Shown piece after piece: positions 1 to 14,694 of a stretch of 64,000 nucleotides of DNA (position 1 is its first letter; each line of letters begins with the position of its first letter). Where the stretch lies: NCBI RefSeq assembly GCF_009914755.1, contig NC_060929.1; one strand, 5' to 3'. Source of the stretch: the human T2T-CHM13v2.0 reference genome, Homo sapiens. The position numbers and the translations under genes are program-made. The notes beneath the pieces are model-generated. The model did no database searches. It saw only the letters and a program-made list of their open reading frames with translations, and was not told the origin of the DNA.

Positions 1-880
1 AGCCCCCAGTGTGTGTTGTTCCCCTCCCTGTGTCCATGTGTTCTCATTGTTCAGCTCCCATTTATAAGTGAGAAAATGCAATGTTTGGTTTTCTGTTCCT
101 GTGTTAGTCTGCTGAGAATAATGGCTTCAGGCTTCATCCATGTCCCTGAAAAAGACATGATCTCATTTTTTTTTGGCTGCATAGTATTCCATGGTGTATA
201 TGTACCACATTTTCTTTATCCAGTCTATCACTGATGGGCATTTGAGTTGATTCCATGTATTTGCTATTGTGAATATAGCTGCAATAAATATACACATGCA
301 TGTATCTTTATAATAGAATGATTTACATTCCTTTGGGTATATACCCAGTAATAAGATTGCTGGGTGGAATGGTATTAGGTCTTTAGGTCTTTGAGGAATC
401 ACCACACTGTCTTACATAATGGTTGAATTAATTTACACTCCCACCAACAGTGTAAAAGTTTTTCTATTTCTCCACAGCCTCGCCAGCATCTATTGATTCA
501 TGACTGTTTAATAATCGCCTTTCTGACTGGTGTGAGATGGTATCACATTGTGGTTTTGATTTGCATTTCTCTAATGATCAATGATGTTGAGCTTTTTTTC
601 ATAAGTTTGTTGGCCACACAAATGTCTTCTTTTGAGAAGTATCTGTTCATATCCTTTGCCCACTTTTTGATAAGGTTGTTTGTTTTTTTCTTGTAAATCC
701 GTTTAAGTTCCTTGTAGATTCTGAATATTAGGCCTTTGTCAGATGGATAGATTGCAAAAATTTTCTCCCATTCTGAAGGTTGTCTATTCACTCTGATGAT
801 AGTTTCTTTTGCTGTGGAGAAGCTCTTTAGTTTAATTCGATCTCATTTGTCAATTTTTGCTTTTGTTGCAATTGCTTTTG
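1..880 (-). mobile_element. L1PA (approx. L1PA8-PA13) 3' portion: ORF2 C-terminus and 3'UTR, running off the window edge
   Basis: Minus-strand ORFs 163-405 and 543-791 translate to ORF2p C-terminal motifs ([33 protein letters not shown]). Confidence 0.92.
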
Positions 881-958
881 ATGAATTAAACCTATTTTCT
901 TCATAAATTGCCCAGTCTCAGGTAGTTTGTTATAGCAGTGTGAGAATGGACTAATACA
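881..958 (+). mobile_element. MST/THE1-type MaLR LTR, 3' end fragment
   Basis: aattaaacc...cccagtctcaggtag...tatagcagtgtgagaatggactaataca is the typical MST LTR terminus; abuts the L1 5' truncation point. Confidence 0.8.
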
Positions 959-984
959 CCTCCCTTCAGGGTTTTTTTTTTTTG

Positions 985-1152
985 CTACCACAGGCACTCT
1001 TACATTAGACCTTACACATTGTAAAAACAAAATCATCTGAGGATAATTAACTATGTAGATCCCTGGCCTCCACCTAGATCGCTGCAATTATTTTAGGATC
1101 CTCAGGTAATGCTAATGCAGGTGATGCATGATCATAATTTGAGAAACAAGGC
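985..1152. mobile_element. Possible MER5-like hAT-Charlie fragment
   Basis: cctcaggtaatgctaatgcagg...tttgagaaac resembles the MER5 terminus; highly diverged. Confidence 0.3.
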
Positions 1153-3515
1153 AGTGACACAGAGAGGAGGTAGCTCACTGATATAAACATTTAGTGAATT
1201 CCCACCTAATATGTACCTACAAAAATTAAAAATTAAAAAAAATAGTTGATGCAATCAACCCATTTTCCTTCACCAGGTGGAAACTCAGGCATGAAAAGCA
1301 AGGCTGGTTTTTTCATTCCAGACCTTGCTCTATCTGTTCTTCTGTTCAGCTTTGCCATCCTGGGACACCATTTTTATGTTTCTCAATTATAATTGTCCCC
1401 AGTGCTCATTTTACAAATTTTCCATGTAAAAGGTTAAGGATGATGTTGGGTAGACAGAGAAGTTTCTTTTTCACCCCAAACTCTCACAAAGTGGGCCTTG
1501 GGCCTATTGTTTTTCTGCAAAGGACCTTCTTTTCCTCCGTGTGTTCATGGACTGTACTGCCTCTAACTCAAAAGAGATAAAGGGAGAGAGTGTTGAAAAG
1601 AAGGGCTGCAGATACTCCTCCTCACCAGCCTCTAATTGTTTCCAGACAGCAAGTTGCTGGGATATTTTGAAACAGCGCAGAGGATTTTTCCATAGGTTGG
1701 CAGTAGCCATGGGTAAGCAATTCTCTACAGTTTTTGAGAGTTATGCTTGTGCCAGTGGATGAGAATAGTATAGAAAGATACAAAGGAAATTTGGAGTCCA
1801 ACCTGCCTGAGAGGCAGGCTCATAATTTGCTTCATTGATATATCAAGATACTAGTTAGAATACAATACAAACCCATTTACTCTACCTCGATCAAATCAGA
1901 CATGTGGCCAAAGAATTCTATGAACATATTTCAATATCAAATTAAAATTTTTTGTTTCAAAGAGCAAATGCACATTGCTTCAGTGGCATTGACCTCAGCA
2001 AACTTTCCCAACTCTGGCTTGTTAAACTCTCCTCTTTCATTTCTTACTATAAATAAAGATTGCTTTCAGATTGCTTGAGAAGAAATGGGAGAAAAGGGTA
2101 GTGCTAGGGCTCTGATGCAAAAGGACATTTTAGTGGTTCTCATCAAGGGAAAAAAATTGAATTTAATTATTCTTTATTGTTGACCTAAGGAGATGGTTCC
2201 CTTAACTACTAACATGTGAGGTGGTAGAGCTAGAAGATCTGAGCACTCCTATTCAACTTCACCCACAGCGAATTAAAAGGCTTTCAGACAAACAACAGTG
2301 ATGGCACAGGAACAGCAGCCTATCGGATGCTGAGGAGTGGTGGGGTGGCAGATAGGTAAGGCAAGGCAACGTCTCAAGTGTCATCAAAGTTTAAGTGAAA
2401 CAAAACATACTGGAGGCACTGTTTCATGAACATTCAAATCAATTACATTCAATGAAATCTAATTATTGTGCACTGCTATTTGTATTCTAAGTGATTTCTT
2501 GAGGCGAAAAGAACAGAACCTTCTCAATTAGAAAAGAGCTAACAAATATTTTATTAAACACCGAATGAGAATTGCACTGTGGTAGGCCACAAAGTTCCAA
2601 AGAACAAATAAGATGGCTTAGGGTTTTGAGAAACTTGGATACTATGAGCTGCCAATGAAAGAGAAGGTTGGCATCCCTACCCTGTCATTGGGAAACTTGA
2701 GTACACTGCAGTCCTCTTATTAAGACATTTCTGAGAAGAAAAAAAATAAAATGTAGGTGTTCTGAGGTGCTGTAGAGATGGAAAATAAAATGCTCAGATG
2801 CCTCCATTCCCTTCTGTGCCTACAGTAGACGTGGGGTTTCAAACAAGACTTTTTTTCTTGCTTTTCCAGAACTCTTTCCATTTCGTAAATTCAGCACTGT
2901 CAGTTCTATGGAGGCATTAGCTGCATCCAGACAACTTCATTCCTGGAAATATGTACTAACAACTCCCTTTGTTGGCTTTCTGTTGTAGAAATACAAAATT
3001 TATTGAATTTAATGAGTTAAGATAGGAGCTTCCCATGTACAAAAATAAAATAAATTAAAATGTACATAATTTTTATAGAATTGAATGTCATATCTGTGGA
3101 TATATAATAACCTAAAGAAATGAACTGAAATATGGTTAGTTATGTACAAAAATGTTCATCATAGTGTGACTTATAACAGTATAAAATTGGACATTATACA
3201 CATGTCCTAATGTATAAAATTAGATAATAAATTTGGCCTTTCCATTTCCAGCTACTGAAAATCAGGCTTGCAGATATCAAAGGATATAGAAAAATGTTCA
3301 ATATTGTATATTACTGTTGAATAAATAGAAAGCAAATTGTAAGATAATATAAATTAAAATATAAATAATATATGTATTCATTGAAAATCTGGAAGACTCG
3401 CCCTTTACATTTTTATTTAAAAGTAATTAACTGTATTATGGGTGAATTATGTCTGTGATTTCCAAATGTTTGACAATAGGAATCTTCTATTTTTTCCTCA
3501 CTTAAAAATACTGTT

Positions 3516-3814
3516 GGCCAGGTGTGGTTGCTCATGCCTGTAATCCCAGCATTTTGGGAGGCCGAGGCAGGCAGATCACTTGAGTCCAGGAGTTTAAGAC
3601 TAGCCTGGGCAATATGGTAAAACTCCATCTCTACAAAAACAACGACAACAACAACAAAATTAGCCAGGCATGGTGATGTAGTCCCAACTACTTGGGAGGC
3701 TGAAGTGGGAGGATTGCTTGAGCCGAGGAGGTCAAGACAGCAGTGAGCCATGATAACTCCAGTGCACTCCAGCCTGGGCCACAAAGTGAGAGACCTCTTC
3801 CAAAAAAAAAAAAA
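3516..3814 (+). mobile_element. AluJ
   Basis: Dimeric Alu with AluJ-type right arm (ggaggattgcttgagcc...gcagtgagccatgat) and poly-A tail. Confidence 0.93.
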
Positions 3815-5490
3815 TTGTTTTCTTATTATTGACGTCTTATTATAGACACAAGTCTTATCAAATATGTGTTTTGTAAATATTTCCTCCCTTCTATGGCTCG
3901 TGTTTTCATTTTCATTTTTGTAATATTGTCTTTTGAATAGTAGAAATTTTTAATTTCAATAAAGTAGAATTTACAAACATTTTCTTTTAAAGGTTATGCT
4001 TTCAATGTCATATCTAAGAAATCCTAGCCAAAGGTTACAAATAATTTCTCCTGTATTTTTATAAAAGTCTTATAATTTTAAGTTTTATATTTAGTTCTAT
4101 GATGCATTTGAGTAAATTTTTGTATATTTTTCTTTAATTTCCTTTAATTTATAGTAGTCTCCTTGGTTTTTAGTTTTGCTTTTTATGATATTGACTTTTT
4201 TTTAGAAGTGAACAGACCACTTGTCTTGTATAATATCCAACAAGTTGGATGTGTCTAACTGGTTTCTCATGCTTAGGTTCAGGTTAAACATTTCTGGCAA
4301 GATTAATTTACAGAAGTTTTGTACTCAATGCACAACAACAAAGGACATTAAAAAGAACTCACACTGATATTTTTAATTCAAATTTGATATTACATGGTTT
4401 CTTCTTTAGCTATTCAAATGTTATATTTATATTTCTTTATCTCTCACAGTGAAACCCTTGGTTCCTCTTAGTAATATACTTATTTCACATACTATAAATC
4501 AAACAGTTTCAGAATTAAAACAATATTACAGCCTGCAATAAACTGTTATGTAAAGCTTAATATTTCTTTACAGTTCTTTTTTCTTTTATAATGGACCCTA
4601 TTAAGATAAAACAAATGTTTTCAAAAGTATGTGAATTAATTCCTCTCCTTGCATAGCTATATTTAATATTCAATTTAATATGAATATTCAATTTAATGAA
4701 TTTAATATTCAGTTTAATATTCAATTTAATGAATTTAATATTCAATTTAATATTCAATTTAATATGAATTTATATTCAATTTAATATGAAGTCAGATTCA
4801 TTTTTTATCTTCATATTCAATTTTAGAGTTTGCTTTTCTAACCTTAGTTTTATTTTTAATAATTCAGTTTTATTGTTTCAATATGTACAGCATTTGCATA
4901 ACTCAAATTACAAATAATATGTGAAACATTTTAGCTTTTCACCCATTCCCATTTCTACCCAATGGATAACCATTTTCATTAGTTTCTATATGTCCTTTCT
5001 ACTTTCGTATTTGTTTTTTGTTTTCACAAAAGTAAGCAAATTTGTGATATCTATTCTCATTCCTCCTTCTTTCTTATGCACATGTAGCATAGCATATACA
5101 CCCTTCTGCACTTTGATTTTTTTTTTTTTTCAGTTAAAAATACGTTCTGGAAATCACTCCATGACAGTTCATGGACATGTCACTCATTCTTTTTTACAAC
5201 TTCATAAAAATTCATTTTGTGGATAAACCACAGTTTATCCTTTCACATAAATAGACATGTATTTGAAAGATACAAAAATAGACAGTAACTTGCTATTACT
5301 AACAATGTAACATTGAATAGCTTCCATTTTGCCTACATATAGAGAGATATGTCTTCAAGATGAATTCCTAGAAGTGAGGTTGCTAGGTCAAAGGGTGATT
5401 GCATATATGGTTCTAACAGTTATTGTTACATTAATCTCTTTAGAGGCTATACCATTTTGCACTCTCACCAGCAACATAATAGAGCACCTT
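3815..5490 (-). mobile_element. Degraded ancient L1M fragments
   Basis: T-rich stretches with L1 antisense phrases (gtcatatctaagaaatc, ctagaagtgaggttgctaggtcaaagggt, tgcactctcaccagcaa). Confidence 0.45.
4661..4790. repeat. AT-rich imperfect tandem repeat, core unit AATTTAATATTC
   Basis: Repeated atattcaatttaat units interspersed with atgaa; source of the spurious (KLNI)n ORF. Confidence 0.85.
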
Positions 5491-5554
5491 TTGCTTTTCA
5501 GAAAAAAATATTTAAATTAGATGCCCATGGAAGACTCATCAATATGGGAGATAA

Positions 5555-5921
<367 letters not shown>

Positions 5922-8384
5922 TAGTAGGTCATACATAACTGAATATAGAGGTGTGGAAAGATAAGAAAGAAAAGCTGTAAATATGTGAAAGGAGACAATG
6001 CCTGTGGATGTGGTTATTATCCTAGGAGCTGACTTCCCACTCTTTTCCTGCCTTTTCACCTTCCCAGGCCAACTGCCTCTTATCCTTTCATCAAAACAAT
6101 GGATTTGTGAGATGGGGAGGTGCATTTTACTCCTGAGCACCCCTTAGCTTGCCTGGCTTATGAGTGCTGTCTTTGATGTTCCCAAAGGTTATAAATCATT
6201 TATAAGATCCCTTAATCAGAACCAGTGTCTGAATTCTTTACTTACCAATTCATCCCATGAACAACTTTCTGGAAATAGCTAGAGGGGCAGAGAGGAATCA
6301 GGCTGCATTCTTTTTTAAGTGAGTGCCAACTATTCAGATTAAAGAGTATGGAACTCTCTCTTTCTAGTACAATGACATAGAGGAAAGAAGGTCTGGGTAC
6401 ACAGCTGCCCTCTTAGGCAAGTGCTGGGGAGTTTGTTTCCACATTATCTCTTAACCCTTCTCAGTTTTGTTCCCAGGGGAAGAGGACCAAGTTAGCTGAT
6501 AAATGAGACAGAAAAATTTCATTGACCGGGCTGGGCATTCAGGATGTAGGGTTTTTGCTTTGTAACTCTAGTTTCCATCACTCTTGGTCTTCCCAGAAGT
6601 TGCTTGATTTCAGACAGAGTATTTTCTTGTTGCTGAGAAAAGAAACTGAAATCTTGCTCTGCCCCCAATAGGAATAAACATTATAGTCTGCAGTCAGAAA
6701 CAAAGCACATTGCACCTGGAAAGAACAAAAATCAAAATGAGTCATTCTGTCTGGCACAGGTCCCCCATAGATGAAACCTTGATTCCTGTTTTTCAAGGTG
6801 CTGATTTTCTAACACAAATAACTCTATCCCTGTCATTTGCAGTACTGATATGTAACAACTTTGCAGATTTAGTAATTATTTGATTATATACCATTTTCTT
6901 CACCATCGACATATTATTATAACCTTGGGAAATTGGTGGTTTTATAACTTAAACATCTTATTTTTTTATTTGATAAGTCAATTCTTCCAACATCTGAAGT
7001 CTCTTGTAAAATTTTATTTGTAAAATAATGTTTTACTTGTCTTTTCATATGGCCTACTTCTCCCTTGCAGTAAATGCCTCAAGTTGCAAATTTCCAGGTT
7101 CTACATTCACGATTCAGGGTGGGCAGGGTAATAAAAGTCTCTGCACAGTTAGAGACTCTGCAAGGCTACCCAAACAAACTTGACTAATGATAAAGTTGAT
7201 ACCTTATCTCCTTTGATTCACTACCTTGTATGAGCTGCTGGCCATAAACTGTAAGAGTCCCAGCACCAAATCCCGCTTAGAACCTTTATGAGGGTGAAGA
7301 GAAGGTCCATTTGCTTTTTAATATTTCTCACTTTTCTATTCCTATAGAAATTTCTTCATAGTATGTTAGTGGCTAATTCATTTTAGATAAATATTTTTTT
7401 TCTCCAAACTTCTCTTTTAAAATAAACTGGGCCTGAAAACAAATTGAGTGAATGAAACATTTCTGTTTGACCAAATTCTCCTTCCATTATGGAAGGGACA
7501 GCATAAGAGCCCTAGGTAGCTAGGAAAACAGGGACAAGGGAAACTGGGGGCACAACATCACATATCTTCCAATTTTGCAAGACTTGGTGTCTGTACCAAC
7601 TGAATCTGACAATGTGCATGGTGGGTTAGAAGGCCCTTTTGCTGGTAGGTTTTCCAACTCTGACACCATGGAGTTATTCTGGGATTTTGAAGTAAAAAGG
7701 AAGCTAAAGCACCCAATCAATTGATTGAAGAACTGCAACAATGAAAGGCATGATCTAGGCCCCAGTAGTTTTCCCAGTGAATATAGTAAGGCCTCAGCCC
7801 CGTTGTTCTGCTCTAGCTGTAAACAGTTATTGAAACAGAAGGTTTCCTGAGCAGTGCAGACTGTCTTTCTGCTGAGTGTTGCTCTTTGCTGGCCTTCCTA
7901 AGGAACTGGTGATGTGTGAGAATGAGATTGTGTTTCATCACCTCTCATTATTTTTTCCATGTTCTAAAAACAGTTGTCTAGACTGTTAGTTTCTGCCATG
8001 CCTGGCCACATTCTCCCAGCCTGAGAGAGCTCCTTGGGAGCACAGAATGAACATGACAATTTTATATTTTACTTTTACAAGCCATCTGCTCTTGCATTTG
8101 TGTGAAGACCATTGGAATCAATGGGGAAGTCAGTGCTTTGCTTTATAGGTTCAGTCTTAACAGAAAAAAAGGGAAGAAAGAAAATTCTTCCCAGTGGGAA
8201 TATGTGGCCTAATTAGACACTGAATTAACCAGAGTCAATTAATTTGGGGGTATAATCTGATAAATCATTTAATACTGAACATATTGCTTGAATAGCTTGA
8301 AGTCAGTTAAGTGAAATAGATAGAGCTTACCATTAATTCCTTGGTCCTGAGATAACACTAAGGAAAATAAAAAGAAACATGACA

Positions 8385-9215
8385 CTTCAAACTCTGTAAT
8401 CTCCAAACCAAACTCATCATTTTTGCCATATGACCTTTTCCACCTCCCAGGTTCCTAGCTCAAGAAACAGCACTATCATTTACTCAGTTTGCTGAAGCCA
8501 GAACCCGGGCACCATCACTTCCTTCTCTCATCCCGATGTATAATCTCAATTAATTGACTTTCTTAGAATCTCTCATATTCATTCCCTGCTCTTCATCGTT
8601 CTTTGCTATATCCCTTATGGAAGCCACCATCATGTCTTACCTGGATATTGCAATAGTCTTAAGAGTAGTTTCTTTCTATTCTCCTTCTTGTTTAGCTATC
8701 CACATTCTTCCTCCAAACCATCCATTCATAATGCAGCCAGAATGACGTCTCTAAAATAAAGTATGATCACATTTCTCTTTTAAAATCTTTTAATACTTCC
8801 AATCATTCAGTGAATGAACTCTAAAATGCCTTAGCATCTCTAATGATTCTCTCCTATATCTACATCGTGGTCCTATATGGCCACTATTTGCACACGTACT
8901 GTGCTCTTCATGTTCCTTTATCACATCCCACACTCTCTCACATCCAGGATTTGACTTGCCCTTGTTTGTCTTAAGCTACATCTTAATCATTCTCTCAGTC
9001 TCAGCTAAAACTTCACCTCACCTGGGCATCATTTTCTGATTCTAGACTGAGTTAGGTGCTCTGAATTTCCTTATTAAATACTCATCACTTCTATTTGTGA
9101 TCAGAGAACTTCAATTGTTGTCTTTGCCGGACTGAAAGCTTTGGAAAGAGCCTGTATCTGTCTTGTTTATAACAAATATGAAATAATTATGGGAATAAAT
9201 AAGTAAATGAACAAT
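8385..9215 (+). mobile_element. L2 fragment
   Basis: L2 phrases (aaccaaactcatcat, tcttacctggatattgcaatagtct, gcagccagaatga) ending in an L2-like gaataaat tail. Confidence 0.55.
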
Positions 9216-9345
9216 GCCTGGAGATTTTGCATGAATAATGGCCCAAAGTCACCATTTTAAGATAACATGAACAAAGTACAATTTACACAACAATGCACAT
9301 TTTATGTGTGCAGTTCAATGAGCGTTTAAAAATATATAGACTCAG

Positions 9346-9641
<296 letters not shown>

Positions 9642-9646
9642 CTAGA

Positions 9647-9712
<66 letters not shown>

Positions 9713-9760
9713 ATCTATCTATCTATCTATCTAATCTATCTTTCTATCATCTATCTGTCT
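9647..9760. repeat. Compound tetranucleotide STR (TCTG)4(TCTA)12 TCA (TCTA)n...
   Basis: Directly visible. Confidence 0.97.
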
Positions 9761-10277
9761 TTCCAGAACATGTCTATCACTACAGATAATTCCCTTATGC
9801 TCCTCTGCAATAAATTCACCCTTCCTGCCCCCACTTTTGGTAACCACTGATATTATTTTTATCACTAGAGATTGATTTTGCACATTCTTGAATATAATAT
9901 AGGTGGAAAACAGGGAGTGTACTCTTGTATATTTTTTTCACACAATAAAATTTTTGAGAATCACCCATGTTCTTGCATTTATCACTAGTTTGTTCCTTTA
10001 AATTGCTGAATAAAATGTTGTTGAATGGATACGTCATGTTTTGTTTTCCATTCTCCTACTAATAAACATTTGAGTGGTTTCCAAATTTTAGCTATTATGA
10101 ATAAAGCTGCTATGAACATTTAGGTACCAATTGTTTTGTAAGGATGTATTTTTATTTCTTTTGATTTCTAATTACTCCACATCCTCACAAACATTTGATA
10201 TTTTCAGTCTTTTAAATTTTATGTATTCTAATGGGCATGAAATGATATCTCACTATGGTTTTAATTTTCATTTCTTA

Positions 10278-10604
<327 letters not shown>

Positions 10605-11026
10605 AGATTATTAATGATGCTGAGTACGTTTTTATGTGCTTATTACCAATCCAAGTATCTTAATTTGTGAAACGTCTATTCATGCCTTTGCACATTTTGA
10701 GATTGTTTTTTGTCTAATTATTGAGTTGAGAAAGAGAGTTACTTAAATGTTTTTCCTCAGTTGAAGGCTTGCCTTTTCATTCTTCATTTTTTTTTTTTAC
10801 GGTGTCTGGAAGAGGATAAGGTTTTAATTTTAAATAAGTCCAATTTATCAATGCTTTTTAAAAAAGGTTCATGCTTTTTTGTGTCCTAAGAATATTTTTC
10901 TACTCAAAGGTTAGAAATATTTTCTCTGAACCTTTTTTTCAGAATTTTCATAATTCTAGCTTTCATTTTTAGGTATATGATAGTTATCAAATTACTTTTA
11001 TGTGTGGCATGAGAAAAAAGTAATGA

Positions 11027-11385
<359 letters not shown>

Positions 11386-11865
11386 TAGTGCTATTTATTG
11401 TATTGTGTGTGCCTTCATCAAAAACCAAATGATTATATGTGGGTTTGTCGATTTCTAAATTATATTCTATTCCATTGAATTATATTTCTACTCTGAACAG
11501 AAGCTTTTTAGTTTAATATAGTCCAATATCATACTGTTCTTTTAAGCTTTATAGTTAATTATTGAAATCCAGTTGGATAAATTCTTCAACTTTTTTCTTT
11601 TTTTTCAACATTGTTTTGACTATTTAAGGTCTTTTGCATTTTCACACACATTTTAGGATGAGCATGTCAGTTTCTACCTCAAAAGCCTCTTAAATTTTTA
11701 TTGGTATTATAGAAATCTATAAATCAATTTGGGGAAATGTGTATCTTAACAGTGTTAAGGGATCTAGTCTATCAATAAGATATATCATTTCATTTATCTA
11801 GATAGATATTCAATAATTCAGTAATATTTTATAGATTTAATGTGGAAGTCTTGTACACTATTTTT

Positions 11866-14545
11866 TCTTGGTACATAATATTATACTTATTTATGGGTTA
11901 CCTGTGATATTTTATTACAGGCATAAAATGTATAATGATCAAGTCAGGGTATTTGAAATACCCTTCACCTTGAATATTTATCATATCTATGTATTGAGAA
12001 TATTTCAAGTCCTCTCTTCCAGCTATTTTGAAATATACAACACATTGTTGTTAACTAAAGTCACCTTACTCTGCTATCAAACATTAAAACTTATTTCTTC
12101 TATCCGACTCTATGTTTGTACCCGTTAACCAATGTCTCTTAACACTCTCTCTCCTACTGACACACTCCTCTCAGTTGCTGCAAGTGACATAATTTCTTTC
12201 TTTTCTATGACATGATTTCATTCTCCATATTATTCTTTATAATGATAATGATAACATAGTATTCTATTGTGTATATATATATCCCATTTCCTTTATCCAT
12301 TCATCTGTTGATGAACATTTCGCTCACTTGATTCCACATTTTTGCTTTTGTCAATAGTGCTGCAGAAATCATGAAGATGCAGGTATCCCTTTGATATACT
12401 ATTTTCCTTTGGATAAGTAAACAGTAGAGGGACTGCTGGACCATATAGTAGTTCTATTTTTAGTTTTTTTAAGAAAAATCTGTATTGTTTTGTATTCTGG
12501 CTGTACTAATTTACATTCCCACCAAAGTGTATGAGTTCCCTTTTCATCGCATCATCACCAGCATGTTTTTTAAAATCTTTCTGATTATAGTTATGCTAAC
12601 TGGAATAAGATAATATCTCTTTGTGGTTTTGATTTGCATTTTCATGATGACTAGCTATGCTGATCATTTTTACATATATCTGTGGGCCATTTGTATCTCT
12701 TCTTTTGAGAAATGTCTATTCATGTTCTTTGTCCACTTTTTAATAGGTTTTGTTTTTACTGTTGAGTTTCTTGCATATTCTTTTTACTAGTCCCTTGTCA
12801 GATGAATACTTTGCAAGTATTTTCTCCCATTCAACAATAGGTTTTCTCTCTATTCCATTAACTGTTTCCATTGTGAAGAAGCTTTTTAGTTTAATACAGT
12901 TCAATTTGTCTACAATTGTTTTTGTGACCTGTGTTTTTGAGGTCTTAATCATAATATTTTTGCCTAGACCAATGTACTGAAGTGTTTCCCTATGTTTTCT
13001 TCCAGTAGTTTAACGGTTTTGAGTTTTTTTGCTTAAGTCTTTATCTATCTTTAGTTGCTTTTGTACGTGGTGAAAGGTAGGGGTCTAGTTTCTTTCTTCT
13101 GCATGTAGATATCCAGTTACTATAGCATTGCAATATATTTTGAAGTCAGGTAGTGTGATGCCCCCAGCTTTATTCTTTTTGCTTTAGATAGTTGAGTTCT
13201 TTTTTGTTTCATACAAATTTTAGGATTTTTAAAAATTTCTGTAAAATATAACATTGATATTTTGATAGCAATTTCACGGAATATGTACATTGCTTTGGGT
13301 AATACAGTCATTTTAATGATTCTAATTTTTCTGATTCATGAGCATAAGATATCTTTTCACTTATTTGTGTACTATTCAATTTCTTTCTTCAGTGTTTTGT
13401 AGTTTTCCTTGTATAGGTCTTTCACTTCCTTGGTTAAATTTATTCCTACCTATTTTATTTTATTTATCTATTATAAATTAGATTATAAATGAGATTTCCC
13501 TCTTAATTTCCTTCCCAGCTACTTCATTATTTCCACATTGAAAGACCACTCATTTTTGTATGTTGATATTGTACCTTGCAACTTTACTAAATTTATTTAT
13601 TAGTTATAAGAGTTTACTAAATTTATATATTAGATATAAGAGTTTTTTGGTGGAGTCTTTTGTTTTTTCTAGATATAAGATCATATCAACAACAAAGAGG
13701 GACAATTTGACTTCTTTTGCAATTTGGATGCCTTTTATTTTTCTTGCCTGATTTCTCTGGCTAGGACTTCCAGTACTAGGTTGAACAGGAGCGGTGAATC
13801 AGGCATCCTTGTCTTGTTCCAATTCTTAGGGAAACAGCTTTAAGCTTTTCCCTGTTCAGTTAAATGCTGACTGTGGGCTTAACATATATAGCCTTTATTA
13901 TGTTGAGGTATATTCTTTATATGCCTAGTTGTTGAGACATTTTGGATTTGTACATGCTGAACTATCTTTGCATCCCTGGGATAAACCCTACTACATTGTG
14001 GTGTATTATTCTTCTGATGTGCTATTGGATTTGGTTCACTACTATTTTGTTGAGAATTTTTTGCATTTATGTTCATTAGGGATATTAGCCCATAGGTTTC
14101 TTTTTTTTTTTCCTTGCATCCTTGTCTGATTTGGAATCAGGGTAATGCTGACCTCATAAAATAAGTTAAGGAGAATTCCCTCCTATTTAACTTTTGGGAA
14201 TAATTTGGGGAGGACTAGTATTAGTTTTTCTCCGTAAGTTTGGTAGAATTTACTAGTGAATCCATCTGGTCCTGGGCTTTTCTTTGTTGGAGACTTTTAA
14301 TTGCCAGTTCATTCTTACTACTTGTGATAAATTTATTCAAGTTTTCTATCACTTCCTGATTCAATCTTGGCAGGTTGTATGTTTCCAGGTATTTATCCAT
14401 TTCCTCTGTTTTCCAGTTTGTTGTCATGTAATTGTTCAGAATAGTATCTGCTGATCTTTCTTATTTCTGTTGTATCAGTTGTCATGTTGCTTTTTTCATT
14501 TCTAATTTCCTATATTTTATCTTCTCTCTTATTTTCTTGATTAGG
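11866..14545 (-). mobile_element. L1MA (approx. L1MA4-6) 5'-truncated, with an internal deletion near 13117
   Basis: L1MA-type 3'UTR (tgtataatgatcaagtcagggtattt); ORF2p remnants in ORFs 12740-12952, 13120-13311 and 14221-14427 (EEMDKYLETYNLPRLNQE). Confidence 0.87.
13583..13642. repeat. 30-bp tandem duplication inside L1MA
   Basis: tttactaaatttatttattagttataagag followed by tttactaaatttatatattagatataagag. Confidence 0.85.
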
Positions 14546-14694
14546 CAGTTTCTCTGACTCTTGAGTCAGGTGCCTGTGCAGCTTCATGAAGAAGCCTGTT
14601 CAGCTTCCTCAGCAGGTCATCAGTGTCAACGAGCTTATAGGCAGAGGTAGATGTGGCTTCTGATTTCTCTTGATGGACTCCAGATTGTACTGGA

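Noticed and set aside
4661-4790. CRISPR-like or protein-coding repeat (KLNI)n
   Set aside because: No unique spacers, eukaryotic context, low-complexity AT repeat
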